64,000 nucleotides of DNA from an uncultured Candidatus Peribacteria bacterium (GCA_964346765.1 CAYFWB010000001.1:226087-290086), one strand, 5' to 3'; numbered from the stretch's first letter, positions 53,397 through 61,375 are shown. The notes: generated from the letters alone by a model not told the origin. Translations and numbers: made by a program.

Positions 53397-53657
53397 TTAC
53401 AATAATTTATTATATATCCAAGCAAATATTGTTGTTAGTATAAATCCATCAATAAATCCATAAATTGTACCTAACAAAACTCCAATCCAAGAGATAGAGT
53501 ATCCTAAAAATCCATATATACTAACAATCAAATTATTGTATTCTGGGAAAAACCCGTAAATTCCAAGTATTGTTGTAAAAGCAATACAGATTCCTGCTGT
53601 AATTCCTCCGGCTATTCCAAATTTAAATGGATTAATTTTTCCAAATTTTTCTGACAT
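53397..53657 (-). CDS. small three-TM membrane protein (86 aa), cassette ORF
   Basis: Gly/Ile-rich helices (GIAGGITAGICIAF..., GFIDGFILTTIFAWIY). Confidence 0.5.
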   Translation of the reverse strand: MSEKFGKINPFKFGIAGGITAGICIAFTTILGIYGFFPEYNNLIVSIYGFLGYSISWIGVLLGTIYGFIDGFILTTIFAWIYNKLL

Positions 53658-53768
53658 GGTTTTATTGGGTTAATTATTAAACTGAAAAAAATTTATCACA
53701 AGCTATGTTTGACTTGAAATAAATTGCTAAACGTCTAAAGAATAATAATAGAAATTGCTGGTTATTCC

Positions 53769-53863
53769 TGGTAACGTCCGTGCAACGTGTGAAGTTTGGC
53801 AGTGGTAAAATTTGTGACGAAGGAGCTTACCACTGCTAAATATGGACGGTGTAAGACGATTGT
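53769..53863 (-). repeat. attC-like imperfect palindrome (first of a tandem pair with no ORF between)
   Basis: TGGTAAC|GTCCGTG..., hairpin TTTGGCAGTGGTAA/TTACCACTGCTAAA. AACGTCC pairs with GGACGGTG. Confidence 0.5.
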
Positions 53864-53962
53864 GCCTAACGTCCCAGGAGTATGAGAGGTTGTCGTCGGG
53901 AACTTGCGACCAAAGGCAATTTGGATGGAGCCGAAGGAGGAATCTCATATTCCTTGTTATAT
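53864..53962 (-). repeat. attC-like imperfect palindrome
   Basis: GCCTAAC|GTCCCAGG...GGCAATTTGGATGG...CCTT|GTTATAT. The GTTATAT core overlaps the HAD stop codon. Confidence 0.55.
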
Positions 53963-54679
53963 ACAGTTCTTATTCTGGTGAGGGTACTGAAAAAACTGCA
54001 TTTCTTTTAACTCTCGTAAATCGGAACAACTTTTTTCATAGAAAAAATTTGACCGTTTTCGGTTTAACCAAATTCCCAGAAGACCTGCATCAGTTGCACC
54101 AATTGCATCTTTTTTCAAATTATCACCAATATAAATAACATTTTTAGATTCTACTTTAAACAATTCAGCACTTTTTTGAAAGAAAATTGGATTGGGTTTT
54201 GACATTCCTTCGGATTCTGCAGTGATTACAAATTTGAAATATTCAAAAATACCTGTCTTTTTCAATTTAAACTCTTGTTGTTTTTGAGCTCCATCTGAAA
54301 GAATACCTAATTCAATGTTTTGATGTTTTAAAAATTCTAAAGTTTCAATAACATCAGGATAAAGAGTCCAAGAGTTCTCATAATAACCAAGATACTTATT
54401 GAAATATTTAAAGGATTCATGTTCTGTCATCTTTTGGTTTTGGAAAATGTCTCGAATCCTTCGAATTTGTTGTTCCCTAAAAGTAATTTTCTGAGTTAAA
54501 AAATCCTTGATATGGTTTTCAGAAACTGTTTTCCAAAGAGTAACAAAAGTGCTTTCATCATAATTGGGTATAATAGAAGAAAACATAAAACCAAATTTTT
54601 CTGCTGCATCAATTTCTGCTTTTGAGTGGTTAACTAATGTATCATCTAAATCAAACAGTACTTTAATAATTTTCTCCAT
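53957..54679 (-). CDS. HAD-superfamily hydrolase, cassette ORF
   Basis: I trimmed this to MEKIIKVLFDLDDTLV (DxDxT motif I). It also has SDG (motif II region) and GDNLKKD (motif IV). The tracked TTG-initiated extension runs through the repeat. Confidence 0.8.
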   Translation of the reverse strand: MEKIIKVLFDLDDTLVNHSKAEIDAAEKFGFMFSSIIPNYDESTFVTLWKTVSENHIKDFLTQKITFREQQIRRIRDIFQNQKMTEHESFKYFNKYLGYYENSWTLYPDVIETLEFLKHQNIELGILSDGAQKQQEFKLKKTGIFEYFKFVITAESEGMSKPNPIFFQKSAELFKVESKNVIYIGDNLKKDAIGATDAGLLGIWLNRKRSNFFYEKSCSDLRELKEMQFFQYPHQNKNCI

Positions 54680-54691
54680 AATAAAAATTGT

Positions 54692-54817
54692 ACATAACGT
54701 TCCAGCATATGCGACGTTTGCCCTTGGTATAATTTGCGACCAGCGGGAGCTTGCCACGGGCAAATATGGACTAAGCGACGAGGTACGAGGGGCGTAGTCG
54801 TATACTGCGGATTGTAT
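54692..54817 (-). repeat. attC-like imperfect palindrome (right core degenerate)
   Basis: ACATAAC|GTTCCAGCATATGCGAC pairs with GTCGTATACTGCGG. Hairpin TTTGCCC/GGGCAAA and second hairpin GACTAAGC/GCGTAGTC. It ends in ATTGTAT instead of GTT.... Confidence 0.55.
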
Positions 54818-54832
54818 AATGTAATGAAAAAT

Positions 54833-55174
54833 TTATCCATTAAAAATTATTTGGGCTACTTTTTTGTGTAAGGAATTGGGAAAACTCCTTTTAACTTCAT
54901 AACGGTGGGGGAAGTAGTTTTTGTATTCACTTTTGCTACAAACTCGTAAAACTTCATTCTTGTAAGTGATAGCAAAACCAACTTTTCTGTATACTTTTTT
55001 ATATTTTTGTGAAAGTGAATTTTCCAATTTTTTTAATTGGATTTTTAATTTTATGGTTGGTCTTGTTTTTAGAACTACAACCAAATTTAAATGAGAGATT
55101 AAAGATTTTGCTTTTCCTGTAGCAACACTTCCATACAAATAAATGCCGTGAATCTTACTAAAAAATTTCAGCAA
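54833..55174 (-). CDS. nucleotidyltransferase-fold fragment resembling the N-domain of ANT/AadA-type enzymes, with catalytic Asp residues replaced
   Basis: IYLYGSVATGKAKSLISHLNLVVV aligns with the GS...(S)DxDL motif but reads HLN. Only 113 aa. Confidence 0.45.
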   Translation of the reverse strand: MLKFFSKIHGIYLYGSVATGKAKSLISHLNLVVVLKTRPTIKLKIQLKKLENSLSQKYKKVYRKVGFAITYKNEVLRVCSKSEYKNYFPHRYEVKRSFPNSLHKKVAQIIFNG

Positions 55175-55191
55175 TTAAGATTTTACATTTT

Positions 55192-55458
55192 TTACAATTC
55201 TTCTAATGCTTGAACTATTAATTGGTAATTTCGAGTTTTCTCCCTACCTTCTTCGTGTGCGTGTGGACCATTGCACCATTCTAATAACTCGTCTCTGGTT
55301 TCGCTTAGTGATGCTATTAGTTCTGGTGTAATTTCTTCTTCCCTAAATCTGTTACTAAAAGTTTTTTCTAAAGAATTTATATCACTGCGAGGTATTTCTT
55401 TTAAGAATTCTCCTAATTTCATATATATAAGGTTAATTATGTAAGTTAACGCTACCAT
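55192..55458 (-). CDS. hypothetical small protein (88 aa; alternative start at 55422), same cassette as 54833..55174
   Basis: Intact ORF 17 nt upstream of the NTase-like ORF, with no repeat element between them. Confidence 0.4.
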   Translation of the reverse strand: MVALTYIINLIYMKLGEFLKEIPRSDINSLEKTFSNRFREEEITPELIASLSETRDELLEWCNGPHAHEEGREKTRNYQLIVQALEEL

Positions 55459-55504
55459 AGCATTACTAAGAATTATGTCAAGTCCAGCTTAACTAAAATA
55501 TGGC

Positions 55505-55630
55505 GCACAACGTCCTAGACTTTGTGAAATTTGGTGGCGGTAAAATTTAGAGCGAAGCGACATACTTCCGCCAAATTTGGGTGAATGACTGAACGAAGTG
55601 AGGGAATGAACCGTATATACCTTGTTATGT
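55505..55630 (-). repeat. attC-like imperfect palindrome
   Basis: GCACAAC|GTCC...CCTT|GTTATGT, hairpin AAATTTGGTGGCGG/CCGCCAAATTT. A 37-nt block (55576-55612) is identical to 60445-60481. Confidence 0.6.
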
Positions 55631-55646
55631 ATTGGTCAATTTATTT

Positions 55647-56402
55647 TTATCTGTATTCAGGATTTGGATGATCGAATTTACATCCAGCTTCCCATTTTGA
55701 TCTTTGATTCCCATGGGGAGGAATACCTCCATTATTTTTTAGCATTCTTGCCATATGGAGAAGATTCCAAGTCATGAACGTAGTATTGCGTTGGGTAAAG
55801 TCATTTTGAGGACCGCCACTTCCTTCGTCTAAATACGAAAGTCCCGGTCCAGCTTCACCGATCCAGCCAGCATCAGCTTGCGGAGGTATAGTAAACCCCA
55901 GGTGTTGCAAAGAATAAAGCACTCCCATGCCAACATGTTTGATTCCATCTTCATTTCCCGTAACTATACAACCTCCTGCACGTCCATAATAAGCATACTG
56001 GCCGTGCTCATTAAGTTCACCCGATTGGCCATATAATCTTTCAATAACTCTTTGACATACCGATGATTTTTCTCCAAGCCATATAGGAGATCCTAGTATC
56101 AGGATATCACTTGCCATCACTTGTTTAAAAACTTTAGGCCAGTCGTCTTTTTGCCATCCGTCTTCAGTCATATCTGGCCAAACCCCGGAAGCTATATCTA
56201 AATCAACAGCACGAATTTCTTTGACGGAAACATTGTTTTTTTCCATTATAGCTTTTGATACAGCAATAAGCCCATCAGTGTGTGATTTTTCCGGCGTTTT
56301 TTTTAGAGTGCAATTGATAAATAACGCCTTGAGATCCGAGAAATCCCATTTAGAGGATACACACAACTCTTCTTGTTTTGGTGATAGTTTAGTCATATTC
56401 AT
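55647..56402 (-). CDS. flavodoxin-fold NAD(P)H-dependent FMN reductase-like oxidoreductase, cassette ORF
   Basis: LILGSPIWLGEKSSVCQRVIERL flavodoxin-like pattern. It is visibly GC-richer than its neighbours. Confidence 0.75.
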   Translation of the reverse strand: MNMTKLSPKQEELCVSSKWDFSDLKALFINCTLKKTPEKSHTDGLIAVSKAIMEKNNVSVKEIRAVDLDIASGVWPDMTEDGWQKDDWPKVFKQVMASDILILGSPIWLGEKSSVCQRVIERLYGQSGELNEHGQYAYYGRAGGCIVTGNEDGIKHVGMGVLYSLQHLGFTIPPQADAGWIGEAGPGLSYLDEGSGGPQNDFTQRNTTFMTWNLLHMARMLKNNGGIPPHGNQRSKWEAGCKFDHPNPEYR

Positions 56403-56439
56403 AGTTTAAAAAATAAATTGTATTATACATATCATTGTT

Positions 56440-57378
56440 TTAAAAAGTGGGGCTATCATACTTTACAGTTTTAGCTATTATCTGTTTTACTTCTACAGAA
56501 TCAGGATACCAGATCAAAGTATCTAAATCATGTTCAACAGAGTAGAGATCTAACCTCTTATCCAAATTTTCAAATTCAAAAAGTTCTGGATAAAATTCCT
56601 GAAACCAATCCAAAAGATTAGCGTAATCTTCTTTTTTTGCAAATTTTTCAAATTTTTCGGACATATACTTTTTCGGATACTCAACCATTCTTTTAATAAT
56701 ATCCAAAACGAAGTCCATTGAAGAAACTTCTGTCCTCTCAAAATCTAAAATGCCGACAATCTTTGTATCTTGAACTAGAATATTATCAAAGTGAGCATCC
56801 CAATATACTAGTGTTAGTTTTTGCTCCTTGAGAATATTATGATTGTCGTTAACAAAATTTTTGATGACTTTGATAAATTCAGAGGACAGAAGTTTTTTTT
56901 CTTCAATTTTCTTTAATGAGTTTTGAATTTGGTTGAGTATCTTGTCGTGCCAGTTGTCCGAAAAATTTACATCAAACTTTTGCAGAAATTCATCATATGG
57001 CGATTTGTTGATCACTTTGAGAATATTACAAAGCTGTTTGATGATGATTTTCCTCTGGTCGTTGTTCAATAAATGCCATTTTGAGTACAGATTATCGCCA
57101 TCAATCTTGGGGTAAATCATGAAAAATTTGTCATAAATACCCTTGGATTTATCAAAAACGCTGATTTTAGGAATAGGAATTTTATCTTTAAAAAAATTGT
57201 AGAAAAATACCTCAATTTCAAACTTTTCTTCATTAGTTATATCTTCACAAACTTTGAGAATATATTTATCGTTAATAATATAAACTTTATTTGTGAAGCC
57301 AATTTCAATTTTTTGAAAAGTTTTAACTTCTCCTAATTTATGTTCTTTGAAAATTTTTTCTACAGTTTTTTTTTCCAT
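56440..57378 (-). CDS. phosphotransferase enzyme family protein (APH/choline-kinase fold), cassette ORF
   Basis: Catalytic loop VYWDAHFDNILV (HxDxxxxN) and the metal-binding ILDFE motif. Very AT-rich. Confidence 0.8.
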   Translation of the reverse strand: MEKKTVEKIFKEHKLGEVKTFQKIEIGFTNKVYIINDKYILKVCEDITNEEKFEIEVFFYNFFKDKIPIPKISVFDKSKGIYDKFFMIYPKIDGDNLYSKWHLLNNDQRKIIIKQLCNILKVINKSPYDEFLQKFDVNFSDNWHDKILNQIQNSLKKIEEKKLLSSEFIKVIKNFVNDNHNILKEQKLTLVYWDAHFDNILVQDTKIVGILDFERTEVSSMDFVLDIIKRMVEYPKKYMSEKFEKFAKKEDYANLLDWFQEFYPELFEFENLDKRLDLYSVEHDLDTLIWYPDSVEVKQIIAKTVKYDSPTF

Positions 57379-57425
57379 ATAAATTGATAAGAGGTTAGAT
57401 TATATAAATTTTAGCCCCACTTTTT

Positions 57426-57478
57426 TCTATTGATAGTACATTGATTTTGGTGAGTAGCCACGAAGCGCTGTGTTGGGA
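57426..57478 (-). repeat. truncated attC-like element (right half only) abutting the IS110-family insertion
   Basis: GATTTTGGTGAGTAGCCACGAAGCGCTGT|GTTGGGA resembles the right halves of the other elements. The left RYYYAAC half is missing. Confidence 0.4.
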
Positions 57479-58659
57479 GTATAAGTCCCGTCGCATAACA
57501 TGTGGGCTCCTGAAATGTCTCAAAGAAGCGAATAGGCTAGTTGGGGTCGCATCCCCGAACTATATACGAACCTGCTTTTGACATGTCAAGGGGTCTTCGC
57601 AGCTACCACCTTTCTCTTTTTCTTCTCTCTTCTTTTTCTCTTTACACTTTATGCCCGATACAAGCTAAAAATCAAGCTCATGAAAAAATATATAGGTATT
57701 GATGTCTCCAAACGTGATTTTCACGTCTGTTTCAGTGAGAATGGAGCGGTTTCAAAATTTGAAAATTCTGTGGCTGGTATTCGTAATTTCCTTGATTATC
57801 TCAAGCAAAATCGTTTTTCCACCAAAAGCACGCTTATCGGTTTGGAATCAACAGGATCATATCATTTGCAACTTTCTTTTCTCGCAACAAAAGTGGGTTA
57901 TACGGTGAATGTTATCAATCCTTTAATCACTCGCAGGCAAAGCAAAAGTGTCGTTCGTAGCGTCAAAACGGACGCGCATGATTCCGTTCTCATTCGTCTT
58001 TGCGTTATTCAGGGCGTGGGTCATCCATTTCGTGATACCGCTGATTCTCTTGCCCTCAAGACTCTGGTTCGTCAAAGGGCGGGGCTTTCAATGTTCAGGT
58101 TACAGGCAAAATTGCGACAGGAAGAGGTTTGTTTACGAGAAAGCTATCTTGAAAATGACATTTCCGAAGTGAATAAAGAGCTTGTGGAATTTTTTGATGA
58201 AAAGATCCTGTTTCTGGATCGAAAAATCAGAAAATTCAATCCCGGATTACAAAAATTGTTGCAGTCAATTCCCGGGGTTGGTCCACAAACGGCTTCAACC
58301 TGCGTCGCGGAAATTGGCGATATCATGCGGTTTCCCCACGCAAAGGCTTTGACAGCCTATGTTGGGCTGGATTCGCGCGTGTATGAGAGCGGAACGAGTA
58401 TTCATGGCAAAGGATATATCTCCAAGCGTGGTAGCAAGATATTACGCACCCGTTTCTACAATGCCGCTTCTGTTGCCGTTCTACACGAAAATATATTCAG
58501 AGAGTTCTTTCTCAAAAAACGCTCGGAGGGAAAACCCTATCGCGTTGCCCTTTGCGCCGTGATGCACAAAATGGTGCACGTTGTTTTTGCAGTCTGGAAG
58601 CGTGTTTCACCTTTTATTAACGATGTATCTCAAAAAAGTTCTTGACGGGGATATCGCTA
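57475..58659 (+). mobile_element. IS110-family insertion sequence (approximate ends)
   Basis: Intact DEDD transposase and a ~200 nt structured non-coding leader. Subterminal inverted repeat AGTCCCGTC (57484-57492) / GACGGGGAT (58644-58652). It is flanked by GTTGG... on the left and GTTAGCT on the right, which are attC-like core sequences. Confidence 0.65.
57680..58645 (+). CDS. IS110-family (DEDD) transposase/recombinase
   Basis: I trimmed this to MKKYIGIDVSKRDF. It has LESTGSYH and KTDAHDS, plus the C-terminal Transposase_20 pattern (IPGVGPQTAS...YVGLDSRVYESGTS...ISKRGSK). Confidence 0.9.
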   Translation: MKKYIGIDVSKRDFHVCFSENGAVSKFENSVAGIRNFLDYLKQNRFSTKSTLIGLESTGSYHLQLSFLATKVGYTVNVINPLITRRQSKSVVRSVKTDAHDSVLIRLCVIQGVGHPFRDTADSLALKTLVRQRAGLSMFRLQAKLRQEEVCLRESYLENDISEVNKELVEFFDEKILFLDRKIRKFNPGLQKLLQSIPGVGPQTASTCVAEIGDIMRFPHAKALTAYVGLDSRVYESGTSIHGKGYISKRGSKILRTRFYNAASVAVLHENIFREFFLKKRSEGKPYRVALCAVMHKMVHVVFAVWKRVSPFINDVSQKSS

Positions 58660-59040
58660 GTTAGCTGAAGTTTGATCTATTTTAGATAAAAAGATTATAT
58701 TAAATACAATTGCTCCAAATGCTATTAACCCAACAAGGAAAGCAAATCCATAACCTACGCCGTGTCCTGGTTGACCTGGAAGTCCATTAGCTGAAATATT
58801 GTATATTTCTGCAAAAACCAAAAAGTACATGATCCAAGTCTGGCTTAAGTGCTTTTGTAGATTAGTTGATTCATTTTCTACGTTATTTATAAAGGTATTT
58901 GCTTTCCAGGCTGCGAATATTAATGTTGGGATGAAAATTAGAAATCCCATAAAGGGTATAATAGTAAAAATAATGAAACCTAATATTAGACCTATAAATA
59001 AGTAGATCCCGTAAATGATGGAATTTATATAATTTTTCAT
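58657..59040 (-). CDS. small polytopic membrane protein (127 aa), cassette ORF
   Basis: Four hydrophobic helices. The last sense codon AAC is the AAC of the cassette-end core (AGCTAAC). Confidence 0.5.
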   Translation of the reverse strand: MKNYINSIIYGIYLFIGLILGFIIFTIIPFMGFLIFIPTLIFAAWKANTFINNVENESTNLQKHLSQTWIMYFLVFAEIYNISANGLPGQPGHGVGYGFAFLVGLIAFGAIVFNIIFLSKIDQTSAN

Positions 59041-59066
59041 GTTGTGAGGGATTAAAATTAAATTTC

Positions 59067-59080
59067 AGATAACGTTTGCA
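59067..59080 (-). repeat. left stub of an attC-like element split by the IS4-like insertion
   Basis: AGATAAC|GTTTGCA. The element continues at 60408. Confidence 0.5.
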
Positions 59081-60407
59081 GCACTAGTGTTGCGTCAAAG
59101 CAAAAACTGAAATGAGTATTAAGCATACAATAAAGCAAAATGAGTTGTTTTGCAATTTTTCGATTTGAATGAAGGCTGGGATAATAAGAGTGTTTTTTAA
59201 TTAACTTACATATCCTTATGAATATCGATAGATACGTTTTTTTTCAGATTACTGATTTTATTTCAGTTTATGAATTCAATAGTTTTATCCAAAAATATCA
59301 TGGAAATAAAAAAATAAGAGAGCTCACTTGCCGCGATCAATTTCTATCGGTCATGTTCGCCCAACTTACAGGACTACAAAGTCTGAGAGGGATAGTTTTA
59401 TGCCTAAATGCACATGAATATCAGTTATATCACTTGGGTTTTCGTTCAAAAAAGTTTGTTCTTTCAACACTCTCACGAGCGAATCAATTTCGCGATTGGA
59501 GGATATGGTATGATTTTACGGAGCATCTTATTTTTAAGGCCAGAAAGCTATATATCAATGATAATGATTTTTCAATCGAACTCAAAAACTCGATTTATGC
59601 ATTGGATTCAACGGTTATTGATTTTTGTCTTGCAACATTCAAATGGGCTTATTTTGAACTTCAAAAATCAGCTGTTAAAGTCCGTACACAGCTTGATTTG
59701 AAAGGTAATATTCCTTCGTTTTTCTTCATAACTAAGGCTAAAGTTCATGATGTGAATTTTCTTGATCAGTTGGAATTTGAGAAGGACGCGATCTACATTA
59801 TGGATCGTTGATATTTCGATTTTGAGCGGCTTCATACTATTCATGCTCAAGGCGCGTTTTTTATTATCCGCTCCAAGGAAAGTTTATCGTTTCAACGGAT
59901 ATATTCTCATGCGGTTGAGAAAAATACGGGTTTACGGTGCGATCAAACGATTAAATTGAAACATTTTTACGCGCACAAACGGTATCCGGAAAACCTGCGT
60001 CGTATCAAATATTACGACCCTGTGTCCGATACGCATTATGTTTATCTTACAAACAATTTTGAGATTTCCGCGCAAACAGTAGCCGATCTTTACAGGCATC
60101 GCTGGCAGATTGAATTTTTTTTCAAATGGATGAAGCAGTATCTCAAAATTCAAGTTTTTTGGGGTTACTCATTCAACGCGGTGAAGACGCAAATCTGCAT
60201 TGCAATTGCAACGTTTTTGCTTGTGGCGATCATGAAAAAGGAACTCAAAATTAAGCGCGATCTCTACGAAATTCTACAAATCTTATTGGTCTCTCAATTT
60301 GAGAAAACCGCTTTAGCAAGCCTTTTGAGTCAGGCAACATCACAGAAACCGAATTCAGGTATTCAAGAACGCCTTCCCTTAGCCATTGTTTAATGCAACA
60401 CTAGTGC
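59081..60407 (+). mobile_element. IS4-family-like insertion sequence (~1.33 kb) inserted in an attC-like element
   Basis: 13-bp terminal inverted repeats GCACTAGTGTTGC (59081-59093) / GCAACACTAGTGC (60395-60407). A flanking direct repeat GTTTGC (59074-59079 and 60408-60413) is the candidate target duplication. Confidence 0.75.
59218..60393 (+). pseudogene. IS4-family DDE transposase (DUF4372-like N-terminus plus DDE_Tnp_1-like core) with a single in-frame TGA at 59809-59811
   Basis: One reading frame throughout. D (IYALDST), D (YIMDR*YFDF, where the stop replaces Gly of DRGY) and E (YRHRWQIEFFFKWMK) are all present. Confidence 0.8.
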
Positions 60408-60499
60408 GTTTGCCGATATGAGAAGTTGCGATCGAAGGGAGCAATTTGGGTGAATGACTGAACGAAGTGAGGGAATGAACCTCATAGTCTCTGTTGTCT
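60408..60499 (-). repeat. attC-like element, right part (after the IS4-like insertion)
   Basis: GTTTGCCGATATGAGAAGTTGCGATCGAAGGGAGCAATTTGGG...CTCT|GTTGTCT. Confidence 0.55.
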
Positions 60500-60514
60500 G
60501 ATGTTGCGCTGATC

Positions 60515-61186
60515 TTAAAATCCCAGTTCTGCTTCACATTCTTTTTGTTCGGCCTTGCCTTTTTGTACTTGATAGTCAGGAACAGTATATGGCTTTAATG
60601 TATTTGGATTTTCTACGTCTAAATAACCAAAATTATCCCAATCTGCCCAAATTGAAAAGCATGGGCCAGGTGAATTATCAATAAGGTCGTACATGACGAT
60701 GAGTTTTGATCCTTCGATTCCCAGAGTTCTTAAAATCCGATTTTCATGCTCTTCATAAAGTTTTGATAATTCACCGGTTTTAATGTTGTAAGAATAGATC
60801 TTGTTCGTGCTTTTCATGTCTGGCCATTCTCCTGTTACATCTCCACTGGTTGAGACGAAAATTACATTGTTATCGGATGGAGACTCTGGAGCATGGAAAC
60901 TTTCCATGATTTCATCTGTTTTTGTTTTAATATCGGATCTGAACGATTCCCATTGTGGACTATCATAGCTGTAACCCTGTTCGATTGTTGGCGTGACTTT
61001 TTTCGTCTCAACCACTTCTTCGGGCTCAGTGGTTTGGTCAGATTGGGTGTCTGCAACTTCTTCCGTTGGAGTTTGTACAGTGATTTTTGTGCTTTGCCAC
61101 CAATACATGCCGCCTCCAACTACGATTGCAGTAATGACTACTGTTAAGATGATTGGCCATATACTGTTCCGGTTCTGTTCGTTCAT
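60515..61186 (-). CDS. N-terminally anchored secreted protein (223 aa), cassette ORF
   Basis: Signal-anchor IWPIILTVVITAIVVGGGMYWWQ. Paralogous anchor and flanks to 52574..53152. Confidence 0.6.
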   Translation of the reverse strand: MNEQNRNSIWPIILTVVITAIVVGGGMYWWQSTKITVQTPTEEVADTQSDQTTEPEEVVETKKVTPTIEQGYSYDSPQWESFRSDIKTKTDEIMESFHAPESPSDNNVIFVSTSGDVTGEWPDMKSTNKIYSYNIKTGELSKLYEEHENRILRTLGIEGSKLIVMYDLIDNSPGPCFSIWADWDNFGYLDVENPNTLKPYTVPDYQVQKGKAEQKECEAELGF

Positions 61187-61262
61187 AGTTTTATTTGTTA
61201 AATGAATAAATTTAATGAATTAGAATATTTACGATTTCAAGTATACAGATTAGCGCAATTTT

Positions 61263-61362
61263 AGACAACGTTTGCGACTAAGCGAAGTTTTGTGGCGTAG
61301 CGAAGGCAAATATGGGTGGAGGTCCGCTGTGGCGGACCGTAACCAGATATGCCGTGTTAGGC
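61263..61362 (-). repeat. attC-like imperfect palindrome
   Basis: AGACAAC|GTTTGCGACTAAGCGAAGTT...GGCAAATATGGG, hairpin GGTCCGC-TGTG-GCGGACC, then ...CCGT|GTTAGGC. Confidence 0.6.
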
Positions 61363-61375
61363 GAAGTCTCTGACA

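Noticed and set aside
53727-54138. ORFs 53727-53948(-), 53842-54138(+), 54646-54840(-), 63236-63436(-), and the TTG-initiated extension of the HAD gene (54680-54763).
   Set aside because: They read straight through the attC-like palindromes or antisense to the HAD gene. Their composition reflects the repeat, and several rely on TTG starts.
57578-57679. Upstream 34 codons of the tracked IS110 ORF (TTG start at 57578).
   Set aside because: The translation is a CT-tract artefact (FFFSLLFLFTL…). The conserved transposase N-terminus MKKYIGIDVSK starts at 57680, and the region is better explained as a non-coding leader.
59762-59959. Out-of-frame ORF 59762-59959 inside the IS4-like element, which suggested a frameshift.
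   Set aside because: The transposase motif order is continuous in the original frame across 59812-59955. The only lesion is the single in-frame TGA.
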